From a virus (lineage: Duplodnaviria > Caudoviricetes), in the IMG/VR virus record IMGVR_UViG_3300044840_000020, positions 5,929-69,928 of that record: a stretch of DNA of 64,000 nucleotides; one strand, written 5' to 3'. Made by a program: the position numbers and the translations under genes. Positions within the stretch are counted from its first letter, which is position 1, and each line of letters begins with the position of its first letter. Positions 1-9,037 of this stretch are shown piece after piece. The notes under the pieces are model-generated. The model was not told where the DNA came from. It saw only the letters and a program-made list of their open reading frames with translations, and did no database searches.

Positions 1-1
1 A

Positions 2-307
2 GCGGGCGACGCGAACGGGACGGACCCGAGCGTGCGTTTGGCGGAGCGGGAACGGGTGATCGCGTACTGGCCAGACGACCTGATCGTCGCGGTCGTGGAT
101 CGTACGATTGAACCCCCGCCGTGGCGATTGTTGCTTCAGCCAATAGGGTGGGAGGACGTTCCGCCAGATCAGGTGGTCGCGGTCGTTCGCGACTCGCTCG
201 CGACGAACGGTCGTTGGCCCTCGATAGATGGGTTACGTCGTCGGTTCAACCGGGTTACGAACCACCGTGGACCAGACGAGGTTGAAGGTCAGGAGAGCCT
301 TCTATGA
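2..307 (+). CDS. Hypothetical protein, 5'-truncated by window edge
   Basis: Frame of ORF 32..307 is open back to position 2; no recognisable motif. Confidence 0.4.
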   Translation, partial: AGDANGTDPSVRLAERERVIAYWPDDLIVAVVDRTIEPPPWRLLLQPIGWEDVPPDQVVAVVRDSLATNGRWPSIDGLRRRFNRVTNHRGPDEVEGQESLL

Positions 308-356
308 GTCTTCTACTCCTACTTCGTACCGCGATTGATCGAGTTACCGTCGAGCG

Positions 357-1475
357 ATGACGGTTCTGATCGTCGGGGGCGGCTTGACGGGGTGTACCGT
401 CGCGTATCGTCTCGCGTCGCGAGGGGTTCCCTCGGTCATCCTGGAGCGTGAGGACGTGATCGGCGGCCTGGTTCGGTCGGATCGTATGGGTGGGGTCCTG
501 TACGAGCCTCACGGGTCGCATATCTTTCATACGGATGACGAGGAGGTCTGGACGCTCGCGAACGAGTTCGTGTCGTTCAACGATTATCGTCATCGGGTTG
601 AGATCGTGATCGAGGGGAAGCTCTTGAACTGGCCGATCCTTCCGTCTGATATCGATCGTCAGAGTCGTGGGGACGAGATTCGTCGTCAGCTCGCGGAGCG
701 TGAGGGGATCGACTCGGACGCTCGGTCGGCGAACTTCGAGGAGTGGTGTCTCGATCTGATGGGATCGATCTTGTATGAGCGGTACGTGAAGCCGTATACG
801 GAGAAGCAGTGGGGTCGTCCCGCGTCCGAACTGTCGGCCTCGTGGGCTCCGCGTCGCGTTTCGGTTCGTTGGGATGGGGATCCGTACTTGTTTCCGGATC
901 GGTTTCAGGGGTGGCCGGCGAGCGAGAATGGGTACACGGATCTGATTGACGGACTGGTCGCGGACCGGTTGATAACGGTTCGGACGGGTGTTGACGTGAC
1001 GTTGGGGAACGTGGAGCGGTATGTTCGAGAGAAGGGGGCGCGGACGGTCGTGCTGACGTGTCCGCTAGATGAGTTCGCGGATGGGGTTCTTGGTCGGCTC
1101 GGGTGGCGCGGGATTTTGGTTCGGAGTGTTTACGTTCCTCATGTTGATCTTGCTCAGGGGGCGATGGTCGTGAACTATCCGGGTCGGGAGTATCCGTTTA
1201 TCCGTGTTCACGAGACGAAGCACGCGTCTCGTCAGCGCGTTGAGGGGACGGTTCTTGGGTTTGAGTTTCCGGGAGCGCCGACGCGTTATTACCCGATTCC
1301 GTCACCTGAGAGCGAGACGTTGAACGAGAGGTATAAGCAGATGATCGGGAGACGGTTAGGGGCTGAGGGGACGTTCTTCGCGGGGCGTTTGGCGAACTAC
1401 GTGTACGTCGATATGGATGACTGCATGAGACAGGCGATCGACGTGGCTGACGTAATCATTGAGGAGATTTCGTGA
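357..1475 (+). CDS. glf: UDP-galactopyranose mutase (FAD-dependent pyranose-furanose mutase)
   Basis: GGGLTG FAD motif, HGSHIFHT, YTEKQWG, FQGWP..GYT, RVHETKH, RYYPI and GRLANYVYVDMD match the UGM/Glf consensus in order; 372 aa. Confidence 0.9.
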   Translation: MTVLIVGGGLTGCTVAYRLASRGVPSVILEREDVIGGLVRSDRMGGVLYEPHGSHIFHTDDEEVWTLANEFVSFNDYRHRVEIVIEGKLLNWPILPSDIDRQSRGDEIRRQLAEREGIDSDARSANFEEWCLDLMGSILYERYVKPYTEKQWGRPASELSASWAPRRVSVRWDGDPYLFPDRFQGWPASENGYTDLIDGLVADRLITVRTGVDVTLGNVERYVREKGARTVVLTCPLDEFADGVLGRLGWRGILVRSVYVPHVDLAQGAMVVNYPGREYPFIRVHETKHASRQRVEGTVLGFEFPGAPTRYYPIPSPESETLNERYKQMIGRRLGAEGTFFAGRLANYVYVDMDDCMRQAIDVADVIIEEIS

Positions 1476-1552
1476 CGAGAGTCACCATTTTGTGGTATGG
1501 TTCCTTGAGAGACCCGGAGCGGGTTATCAAACTACCCGAGAGGACGTAAGTC

Positions 1553-2116
1553 ATGACTACCACGATTAGCGTGGAGGAGAAGGAGGCCGCTCGTAAGGCT
1601 TCGCGTGCGAAGGCGGAGCGGGATCGGCGTGCGAAGTTGAAGGCTGGGAAGGCGACGGTCGCGGAGGTTAAGCCGGTCGTGGCGAAGGCGTCGGAGATGG
1701 AGGCTAAACTGCGGCGTGGTCGCGTTCCGAGCGATCCGGTTGAGTCGTATGACGAGAAGGATCGGGCGCTCGCGGCGCTCGCGGTTCGGCTCGCGCCGAG
1801 GGTGGTTGTTCATCCGCGGACGATCGGTCCGATGAAGCAGATCGTCGGGCGGTCGGATCCGGTTGCGTTCGCGTTCGACGGGGTCCCGAAGGACGCGGAG
1901 GCGGCTGATGACGTGGTCGGCGGGCGTGATGCTCGCGCCGTTCTGCTGTCGTGGGCGCGGAGCGAGTTGGAGTCGAGCGATCCGGCGGCGCGTCGGATTC
2001 GTGCGACGGTCCAGCGTGTCCGTGGTGACGAGCGCGCGCCGCTGGTTGGCGGGAAGTCGGATCTCTGGGGCCGGAAGGTCGCGGCGATCCTGGTTGCTCT
2101 CGCTGATTCGAAGTGA
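1553..2116 (+). CDS. Hypothetical protein, basic N-terminus
   Basis: 187 aa ORF with RBS-like AGAGGA and genome-typical codon bias; overlaps next gene. Confidence 0.65.
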   Translation: MTTTISVEEKEAARKASRAKAERDRRAKLKAGKATVAEVKPVVAKASEMEAKLRRGRVPSDPVESYDEKDRALAALAVRLAPRVVVHPRTIGPMKQIVGRSDPVAFAFDGVPKDAEAADDVVGGRDARAVLLSWARSELESSDPAARRIRATVQRVRGDERAPLVGGKSDLWGRKVAAILVALADSK

Positions 2117-2481
2117 GCGACGATCTCATTGAGCCTGGGGTTCCTCTCGGGGGATCCCAGGCTGCGGGGGACGGGTCGGGTCGGGTTGCTCAGATGGATT
2201 TGATGGGGGGTCAGGACGACCCGGTTGACGTGGGGGTTGATCTTGACTCGTACCTGAACGCGGATGTTGAGTGGGTCGGGCTTCCGAAGTTCGTTCCGTT
2301 GGAGGGAAAGCGATTGTCGATCGTGATCGCGTTTGACTCGGAGGAGGATCGTGATCGGTTGGTCGATCAGTTGGGGTTATTCATCGCGAAGAAGACGGGC
2401 GTGACGTGGTCCGCGTGGTGGCCACCGCGGGAGCAGGAGGACCTGGCATCGCTACGGTTTGACTTCGGGGGAGACGAGTGA
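2113..2481 (+). CDS. Small acidic protein of the type found upstream of phage GREB1/TAGT glycosyltransferases
   Basis: EWVGLPKF...IVIAFDSEEDRDRL..QLG....KKT..WS.WWP pattern; 4-bp overlaps with both neighbours. Confidence 0.6.
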   Translation: MSDDLIEPGVPLGGSQAAGDGSGRVAQMDLMGGQDDPVDVGVDLDSYLNADVEWVGLPKFVPLEGKRLSIVIAFDSEEDRDRLVDQLGLFIAKKTGVTWSAWWPPREQEDLASLRFDFGGDE

Positions 2482-3434
2482 ATCCGAACGCGACCCGTTA
2501 TCCAATTTACGTTCCGTCGAAAGGGCGTAGCGCGCCGAATCAGGCGCTGACGGTGAGGGCGTTACTTCGGGATGACGTTCCGTTCTGTGTCGTTGTTGAA
2601 CCCCCCGAGGAGCGGGCGTACGTTGATCTTGTTGGCCGGAAGCGGGTACTCGTGCTTCCGTTCGAGAACCTTGGGCTTGGCGCGATCCCGGCTCGGAACT
2701 GGTGTAGGAAGCACGCGGAGGCGGAGGGATACGCGAGTCACTACCAGCTGGACGACAATATCATTGAGTTTCGGCGGCTATGGCGGGGGCGTCGGATTCC
2801 GTGTCACGCGGGGGTAGCGCTTCGTGTTTGTGAGGATCTGACGGATCGCTACTCGAACGTCGCCTTATCAGGATTGAACTACCAGATGTTCGTTCCGGCG
2901 GAGACGTCGGTTCCGTTCTACGTGAATTGTCATGTGTACTCAGCTACGCTTATTAACCACGCGGCTCCGTTCTGGTGGCGGCTCCGCTATAACGATGATA
3001 CGGATATCTGTTTACAGGCGCTCGCGGGCGGTTGGTGTACGATCCTCGTAAACGCCTTCGTCGCGAACAAGATGCGAACGATGTCGATGAGGGGCGGTAT
3101 GACCGACGAGTTTTACGCAGTGAATCGGGACGGTTCGGCTGTTGAGGGGAGCGTTGGGGCGGGTCGCGATTCGGCGACGTTCGGTCGGTTTGAGATGGCT
3201 CGGATGTTGGAGCGTGCGTGGCCGGGGATCGTGACGACTCGTTGGAGGTTTGGTCGTCCTCAGCACGTTGTGAATTGGGGGGCGTTTAAGACTCGGTTGA
3301 GGCTGAGGCCGGACGTTAATCTGGGTGATCTCGCGGCCGTGGATGAGTACGGATTGGTGTTACGAGCCGTGAGGGAGGTTCGGAGTCCGGCGTTGAGGGA
3401 TCTTCTTGAGGAGTTCCCCTTACGTTTCGAGTGA
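2478..3434 (+). CDS. GREB1-like / TET-associated glycosyltransferase (GT-A fold, putative DNA base glycosyltransferase)
   Basis: YPIYVPSKGR, VVVEP.E...Y, ARNW, QLDDNI (DxD-type), YNDDTDICLQAL..GWCT, GGMT, RFGRPQHVVNW motifs. Confidence 0.8.
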   Translation: MNPNATRYPIYVPSKGRSAPNQALTVRALLRDDVPFCVVVEPPEERAYVDLVGRKRVLVLPFENLGLGAIPARNWCRKHAEAEGYASHYQLDDNIIEFRRLWRGRRIPCHAGVALRVCEDLTDRYSNVALSGLNYQMFVPAETSVPFYVNCHVYSATLINHAAPFWWRLRYNDDTDICLQALAGGWCTILVNAFVANKMRTMSMRGGMTDEFYAVNRDGSAVEGSVGAGRDSATFGRFEMARMLERAWPGIVTTRWRFGRPQHVVNWGAFKTRLRLRPDVNLGDLAAVDEYGLVLRAVREVRSPALRDLLEEFPLRFE

Positions 3435-3440
3435 CGATAC

Positions 3441-3463
3441 GTTATAGTGGGTTTTACCCGAAC
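3441..3463 (+). promoter_or_regulatory. Conserved phage promoter/operator motif, copy 1
   Basis: GTTATAGTGGGTTTTACCCGAAC, identical to copy 2; 16 nt upstream of ATG 3480. Confidence 0.75.
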
Positions 3464-3479
3464 GTAAGGAGTTACCCGA

Positions 3480-3785
3480 ATGGCTGTGGGTCGCATCAAG
3501 TTTCCGGACGGTCGCGCGGCGCGCGAGACGGCGAAGATTATGAAGGACGCTGGTCTTGACCCAAAGGCGGTTCGTGAGGTTGGTAGGGCGGCGGATCGTC
3601 CGGGGTTGCTCGCCGAACTGGGTGATGATGAGCTCACGCCGATGCGCGTGATCGTTGGGGATTGTCCCCCGCGTTCTCGTGTAGCGATCGTGGCGGCGAT
3701 TGATGCGGCGGAGGCGTCGGCGGTTCGGGATGCGGTTCGTCCGCGTGGGGCGGCGTTGATCTCTCGGATGAGGCGAGAGGCGTAG
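3480..3785 (+). CDS. Hypothetical protein
   Basis: 101 aa ORF after motif and AAGGAG RBS. Confidence 0.7.
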   Translation: MAVGRIKFPDGRAARETAKIMKDAGLDPKAVREVGRAADRPGLLAELGDDELTPMRVIVGDCPPRSRVAIVAAIDAAEASAVRDAVRPRGAALISRMRREA

Positions 3786-3873
3786 TAACAAACTTGCCCC
3801 GCCTAGGGGGATTCTAGGAATCAACCGAAACGGCCAGGCTGAGTGATCGGCCGAGGAGCCAAAAAGGAGTTAC

Positions 3874-4212
3874 GTGATGACGTTTCATCCGACGGATCTA
3901 CATAGGGCGGTTCTATTTGCCCTTCCGAATGAGGGGTCGAGTTTGGGTTATCATCCGCTCGCGAAGTCTGTGGGGCGGGTGAGGATCGAGTTGAACGAGC
4001 CGCTTCCGGCGTTCATTCCGCCGTTGTCGTCGGGGGAGATCAACGCGGCGATGCGTAATCTGCGGGCGGAGGGGTTGGCGGTTGAGGCTCGGTCTGGCGC
4101 TCAGATCATTGGTTGGCAGCGGACGCCGGCCGGTATGGCGTTGATTGAGGGTTGGGTTCCGCCGACGTTTACCCAGGACACCAGCGATGATGAGATCGGG
4201 GCGGGGCGATGA
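3874..4212 (+). CDS. Hypothetical protein, possible winged HTH
   Basis: AAGGAG RBS; overlaps next gene by 4 bp. Confidence 0.6.
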   Translation: MMTFHPTDLHRAVLFALPNEGSSLGYHPLAKSVGRVRIELNEPLPAFIPPLSSGEINAAMRNLRAEGLAVEARSGAQIIGWQRTPAGMALIEGWVPPTFTQDTSDDEIGAGR

Positions 4213-5093
4213 GTCCTCCAGCTAATAGGCGTACGCTGGCGAAGAACGTCATGCTTCGCGATGATGATAACGGTCGGCGTCGGGAGCTGGAGGTCGTCAC
4301 GATTGATGATCTTCAGGTTGATCATCGGTATCAGCGGGATCTGAATCAGACGTTCGTGGAGTTGATCTTGGCGGACTATGATCCGGTCGCGGCGGACGTT
4401 TTGACGATTTCGCGGCGGGAGGATGGTTCGGAGTGGATCGTGAATGGTCAGCATCATGCGGCGGCGGCCCGGCTTGCGGGGGAGACGGAGGCGTTGGCCT
4501 GGGTTTACGAGGGGCTGTCCGTGATGCAGGAGGCGGACCTTCGGTTGAAGGCGAACCATCGGAAGTCGGACACGCATTTGGATCGGTTCCACGCAGCGTT
4601 TGAGGCGGGGCGGGAGAACGCGGTTCAGATCGTGAGGTTGACGGAGGAGTTCGGGACTCGCGTGAACCGGTCTGGGAACTCTCATACGGGGATCAACGCT
4701 GCGAGTGCTCTGGAGGCGGTTTACAAGGTTGATGAGGGCCTTCTGTTGCGGCGTACCTTGAAGTTTCTGCGGGACACGTACGGTCAGATCGGGGGTGATA
4801 ACGCTCAGGAGGCGATGATTCGCGGCGTGTCGTGGTTCATCTTGCAGCACTCGACGGAGGCGTCGATGGTTGATGTTCGGGATCGGTTGGAGAAGGCTGG
4901 GGTGGAGGAGATCGTTCGGAAGGCGCGGACGACGAAGGCCGCGATGGGCGGGTCGTTGTGGATCAACGTGTATCGCGCGATGGTTGAGATTTATAACTAT
5001 CGGCGGTCGATGCAGCATCGGATCGAGTGGCGTACGAAGCGGTCGACGAACATCTTGCAGCCCGATCGCGGTCGCGAGGTGGGGCGGCGATGA
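4209..5093 (+). CDS. ParB/Srx-like N-terminal domain protein (DUF6551-like)
   Basis: IDDLQVDHRYQRDL...YDP...LTISRR.DG...IVNGQHH..AA pattern. Confidence 0.75.
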   Translation: MSPPANRRTLAKNVMLRDDDNGRRRELEVVTIDDLQVDHRYQRDLNQTFVELILADYDPVAADVLTISRREDGSEWIVNGQHHAAAARLAGETEALAWVYEGLSVMQEADLRLKANHRKSDTHLDRFHAAFEAGRENAVQIVRLTEEFGTRVNRSGNSHTGINAASALEAVYKVDEGLLLRRTLKFLRDTYGQIGGDNAQEAMIRGVSWFILQHSTEASMVDVRDRLEKAGVEEIVRKARTTKAAMGGSLWINVYRAMVEIYNYRRSMQHRIEWRTKRSTNILQPDRGREVGRR

Positions 5094-5365
5094 TTCGTCT
5101 CCTTCGTTCGGACTGGAAGCTGGGGGATCCGCTCGTCTTATCGGAGCGTGTTCTATCGGAGCCTCGTTTGTCGAAGGCTCAGCGGGACGCGATGCTCTCC
5201 GTCGTTCTAAGGGACGAGAAGGCGGGAGTTGAGGGGTTAGACGCCCGAATGCGTCCCGTCGTGTCTGCGAGGCTTAGCGGGCCTCGTGGGCGTACTCGGT
5301 ACGCGTTGCTGCGGAACGGGGATCCGGCTAAGGTCGAGGGGCCGTTGACGGAGGTTTGGCGGTAG
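5090..5365 (+). CDS. Hypothetical protein
   Basis: ATGA overlap with ParB-like gene; ATG 5090 within ORF 5027..5365. Confidence 0.6.
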   Translation: MIRLLRSDWKLGDPLVLSERVLSEPRLSKAQRDAMLSVVLRDEKAGVEGLDARMRPVVSARLSGPRGRTRYALLRNGDPAKVEGPLTEVWR

Positions 5366-5437
5366 ACTCCTGTTCTGTTCGGGTAATGCGGTTGGTTGTG
5401 TCTGGCTCTGGAGCGTTCGCGTTCCGGAGCTAGATGC

Positions 5438-5460
5438 GTTATAGTGGGTTTTACCCGAAC
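5438..5460 (+). promoter_or_regulatory. Conserved motif, copy 2
   Basis: GTTATAGTGGGTTTTACCCGAAC upstream of ATG 5483. Confidence 0.75.
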
Positions 5461-5482
5461 ACTACGTCCCGAGGGGGATCGC

Positions 5483-6568
5483 ATGAAAACGATGTACAGT
5501 CTGACCGAGATGGCTCAGGAAATTGAGCGTCAGAACGCCGCGAAGATCGATTATCTGTCGCCAACGGACGCCGTTCATTTCGTCACGACTGACGATCGAT
5601 CAGAGGTTGATCTAAGTGGTACGGACGTCACGGGGCTTCGTTTGAACGATGTCGCTCACAATCAGCTCGCGGCGCGGCTACGGATCCCGCGTCCGTACTA
5701 CGAGCGGATCCGGTCGGAGGTTCCGGTTCTGCTTGATGAGTCCGTGAATCGGTTGCTGCGGCATCATCCGGGGAAGGACGCCCCGAAGTGGATGTGGCGG
5801 ACGCTGGATGGGACGGCTCGTGCGGTTCTGTCCGATGCTTATCGCCGTTTGGATCATTTCGAGATCGCGTCGGCGATTCTGCCGATCCTTCAGACGCTTC
5901 CGGGCGTTGAGATCCGTTCCTGCGCCCTGACCGATGTGCGGATGCATATTAAGGCGGTCACGTCGATCGAGGGTAAGGTTAACGGTTCGCGTGAGGTTGG
6001 GGACATCGTTCGCGCGGGGGTGTACGTCGGGAACTCCGAGGTTGGGTACGGGTCCGTGACCGTGTTTCCGTTCGTTGAGCGGTTGACATGTACGAACGGC
6101 ATGGTTTCGACGGTTGCGGGGGACGGGATGATGAAGCAGATTCATCTCGGGCGTCGCGTTGATGCGGACGGGAACGGTCGGATCTTCCGGGATGAGACGC
6201 GAAAGGCGGACGATCACGCGTTCATCCTCGCGCTCGGCGATGTGGTTCGCGCTGCGTGCGATGAGGCTAGGTTCCACGAACTGGTCGCGGAGATGAGTCG
6301 CGCGACGGAGGGCGAGCGGATCGGCGACGTCACGGCGGCGGTTGAGGTTCTCGCGCGCCGCGAGGGGCTCGGCGAGACGGAGTCGAAGGGGATTCTTCAG
6401 CATCTCGCGGAGGGCGGCGACCTATCTAGGTGGGGTCTCCTGAATGCTGTCACGCGGACGGCTGAGGATGTCGAGAGTTACGACAGGGCCACGGAGTTGG
6501 AGACGCTCGGCGGGAAGATTCTGGCGTACTCATCGCGTGATTGGTCCGCGTTGACGACGGTCTCGTAG
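5483..6568 (+). CDS. DUF932/DUF945-family phage protein
   Basis: RTLDGTARAVLSDAYRRLDH, GNSEVG.GSV.V.P...RL.CTNGM and WGLLNAVTRTA motifs. Confidence 0.75.
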   Translation: MKTMYSLTEMAQEIERQNAAKIDYLSPTDAVHFVTTDDRSEVDLSGTDVTGLRLNDVAHNQLAARLRIPRPYYERIRSEVPVLLDESVNRLLRHHPGKDAPKWMWRTLDGTARAVLSDAYRRLDHFEIASAILPILQTLPGVEIRSCALTDVRMHIKAVTSIEGKVNGSREVGDIVRAGVYVGNSEVGYGSVTVFPFVERLTCTNGMVSTVAGDGMMKQIHLGRRVDADGNGRIFRDETRKADDHAFILALGDVVRAACDEARFHELVAEMSRATEGERIGDVTAAVEVLARREGLGETESKGILQHLAEGGDLSRWGLLNAVTRTAEDVESYDRATELETLGGKILAYSSRDWSALTTVS

Positions 6569-6602
6569 AACTACGTCGCGCGTAGCGTTCGCGGACGTGT
6601 GC

Positions 6603-6633
6603 GGCCCTTCGACGGTTCGTTCGTCGGAGGGCC
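6603..6633 (+). terminator. Stem-loop after DUF932 gene
   Basis: GGCCCTT-CGAC...GTCG-GAGGGCC inverted repeat; no strong U tract. Confidence 0.4.
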
Positions 6634-6656
6634 GCTGGCTTTCCGCCTCCCATTCG

Positions 6657-6678
6657 TTTATAGTGGTTCTACCCGAAC
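6657..6678 (+). promoter_or_regulatory. Conserved motif, copy 3 (6-nt spacer)
   Basis: TTTATAGTGGTTCTACCCGAAC upstream of GAGGAGG RBS and ATG 6703. Confidence 0.7.
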
Positions 6679-6702
6679 GTTAGACTCCTGAGGAGGGACC
6701 GC

Positions 6703-7590
6703 ATGACCACGACGAATCCTTACACGACTGACCCGGCTACCGAGAACCAGATTCGGTTCGTTGAGCGTCTCGGCGGGGACGCGCTTCACGCTCATAAGCT
6801 GTCGAAGCGGGACGCGAGTCGTTACATCGACGATCTGAAGGCGAACCCCGTCTCGTCTGCTACGTCGTCTGTCTCGGTCACGGATCCTGGCGTTTACGAG
6901 CACGATGGGGTCGTGTATATCGTGAAACCGAACCGCGCGAAGACGGGGCTGTACGCGAAGCGGATTCGTGAGATTGGCGGGACGCGCGTGACGGCTGCGG
7001 GGACGTTCGTCGCGGTTGAGTTTGAGTACGCGGCGGGTGTTGTCTTCAACCTCTCGCCGGAGGATCGGATGACGGGTCAGCGCGCGAAGGAGTTGACGAT
7101 CCGGTACGGCAAGTGTATTTGTTGTGGTCGGGATCTGAGGGCGGGCGAGTCGGTCGAGCAGGGGATTGGCCCTGTTTGTGTGAGGTCGTTCCCGGATTTG
7201 GTCGCGGAGCGCGTGGAGATCAAGGCGCGGGCGAAGGCTGAGGCGAAGAGGTCGCGGGAGATCGTAGCGAACTACGCGGCGGCTGATCTTGCGCCGATCG
7301 CGGGTGGCGCTCCATCGCTCGTTGAGATGGCTACTCGAATTGAGGGTAAGCCACGTGTTGAGACTCGCGTGGAGGTCGACCTAGCGAACTTCCAGGCGAT
7401 CGCCGACGATTTTAGGCGCGACCAGGCACTAGTCGTAGCGCAGCCGACGATTGATGAACGCGCCGAGAAGGCGCGCGAGTTGATCTGCGGGGCGCTGGCC
7501 TGTTTGCGGTTAGAGTTTGGTATTCCCGTCGAGGATTGCGATGAGGCGCTCGCTACGTTCGACGTGCTGCTCGATGGGTTCGAGCGATGA
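6703..7590 (+). CDS. Phage protein with DUF6011-like zinc-finger
   Basis: GKCICCGRDL...ESVEQGIGPVC motif. Confidence 0.65.
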   Translation: MTTTNPYTTDPATENQIRFVERLGGDALHAHKLSKRDASRYIDDLKANPVSSATSSVSVTDPGVYEHDGVVYIVKPNRAKTGLYAKRIREIGGTRVTAAGTFVAVEFEYAAGVVFNLSPEDRMTGQRAKELTIRYGKCICCGRDLRAGESVEQGIGPVCVRSFPDLVAERVEIKARAKAEAKRSREIVANYAAADLAPIAGGAPSLVEMATRIEGKPRVETRVEVDLANFQAIADDFRRDQALVVAQPTIDERAEKARELICGALACLRLEFGIPVEDCDEALATFDVLLDGFER

Positions 7591-8660
7591 GTCGAATCTG
7601 TTACATCCCGAAGCGGTTCTCGTTGACGGCGCGGCTGGTGATCGCGAGGGCGAACGAGATCTGCGCCGAGTTCGGCCGCGATGGGGACGACCTGACCCTC
7701 CGCCAGTTTTATTACCAGTTCGTCGCTCACGATCACTTCCCGGACGATCGCACGTGGGTTCAGGTTGGGAACCGATGGGTTCCCGATCCGAACGGGACGA
7801 AGAACGCGGAGCCGAACTACAAGTGGCTCGGCGGTCTCGTTAACGATGCGCGTCTCGCGGGTGAACTCGATTGGCGGTATATCGTTGATCGGACGCGGGC
7901 GGTGTACGGTGGTTCGGGGAGCGATACGGATCCGTCCGAGGTCGTCGCGTCAGCGGCGGAGATGTACGCGATCGATAAGTGGGAGGGCCAGGAGTTCTAC
8001 GTTGAGGCGTGGGTTGAGAAAGACGCGCTGTCGGGTGTTCTTCAGCGTGCTTGTGGGCCATTGGAGATCCCGTATTTCGCGTGTCGCGGGTATCCGTCGC
8101 AGTCTGCGATCTGGAGGGCTGCTCAGCGGTTACGGTTCGCGTTTCAGGATGATAAACGCGTTCGGATCATCCACCTTGGGGATCACGATCCTTCGGGGAT
8201 CGACATGACGCGGGATATCGAGGAGCGCCTATCGACGTTTCTCGCTCAGGATCATCTCGGGATGGAGGATGGTCGTCCCGTTGACGAGTATGTTGAGGCG
8301 ATGGCGGACGACGGGTTGTTTGAGGTTCGTCGGATCGCGTTGACGATGGCTCAGATCCGCGAGTTTGATCCGCCGCCGAACCCGGCGAAGTTGACGGACT
8401 CTCGCGGGAGTTCGTATGTTCGTGAGTATGGCGATTCGTCGTGGGAGCTTGATGCGCTCTCGCCGGCTGTTCTAAGGACGTTGATTACGGAGACGGTCTT
8501 GGAGTATCGGGATGACGTTGCGTGGCGGGAGCGTGTCTCTCGGGAGGTTCAGGAGAAGCGTATTCTCGTCGCGTTGAACGAGCATTGGTCGGAGGTCGCG
8601 GGTTACGTTCGCTTGAATTGGCCGGATGAGGTTGAGGGCGACGATAAGGAGTCTCAGTGA
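7587..8660 (+). CDS. Spo11/topoisomerase VI subunit A-like (winged helix + TOPRIM) protein
   Basis: LTLRQFYYQ (putative catalytic Tyr), EAWVEKDAL, CRGYPS, LGDHDPSG (DxD), RIALT..QI, WELDAL. Confidence 0.7.
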   Translation: MSRICYIPKRFSLTARLVIARANEICAEFGRDGDDLTLRQFYYQFVAHDHFPDDRTWVQVGNRWVPDPNGTKNAEPNYKWLGGLVNDARLAGELDWRYIVDRTRAVYGGSGSDTDPSEVVASAAEMYAIDKWEGQEFYVEAWVEKDALSGVLQRACGPLEIPYFACRGYPSQSAIWRAAQRLRFAFQDDKRVRIIHLGDHDPSGIDMTRDIEERLSTFLAQDHLGMEDGRPVDEYVEAMADDGLFEVRRIALTMAQIREFDPPPNPAKLTDSRGSSYVREYGDSSWELDALSPAVLRTLITETVLEYRDDVAWRERVSREVQEKRILVALNEHWSEVAGYVRLNWPDEVEGDDKESQ

Positions 8661-9037
8661 GGGTCGCTATTACGGGTGATCGGCGTTGGGCGTCTACGCC
8701 AGAGAACACGGTCTGGGACGTCCTCGATGTTGTTCAGGCGCTAAAGACGCTCGATCCCGAGTCGTTCGTAATTCTCGGGGACGCGAGGGGCGCGGATGCT
8801 ACGGCTCGCCTCGTCTGTGAGGACCTGGGGTTGACGTACGTCGTTCATCGAGCGGACTGGGCGAAGCATGCGCGGGGCGCGGGATCGATCCGGAACCGCG
8901 CGATGCTTGACGATGGTCCCGATGAGGTTTGGTATTTCCATCGGGATCTCGCGGCGTCGAAGGGGACGGCTGATTGTGTTCGTGAGGCGCGGCGGCGTGG
9001 GATAACTGTTCGTGACGGGACTACCGTTGGCGTGTGA
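8657..9037 (+). CDS. SLOG-superfamily (DUF2493/YspA-like) protein
   Basis: RVAITGDR, GDARGAD, ADWAKH.RGAG.IRN..ML, SKGTADCV..AR. Confidence 0.75.
   Translation: MRVAITGDRRWASTPENTVWDVLDVVQALKTLDPESFVILGDARGADATARLVCEDLGLTYVVHRADWAKHARGAGSIRNRAMLDDGPDEVWYFHRDLAASKGTADCVREARRRGITVRDGTTVGV

Noticed and set aside
3441-3463. CGAAC in the repeated motif as a LexA/SOS box
   Set aside because: The actinobacterial/Gram-positive box is palindromic (CGAAC-N4-GTTCG); none of the eight copies has the second half.
3790-3873. Shared structured leader with 11430-11467 (CGGCCGA..AAGGAG)
   Set aside because: Similarity is short, mostly the RBS, and only two copies; could be chance in GC-rich DNA.
4101-5018. 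Long minus-strand ORFs (also 14504..15340, 18140..19216, 32900..34132, 62293..63306)
   Set aside because: Arg/Pro/His-rich shadows of + strand genes caused by the G/T codon bias; no motifs or RBS.
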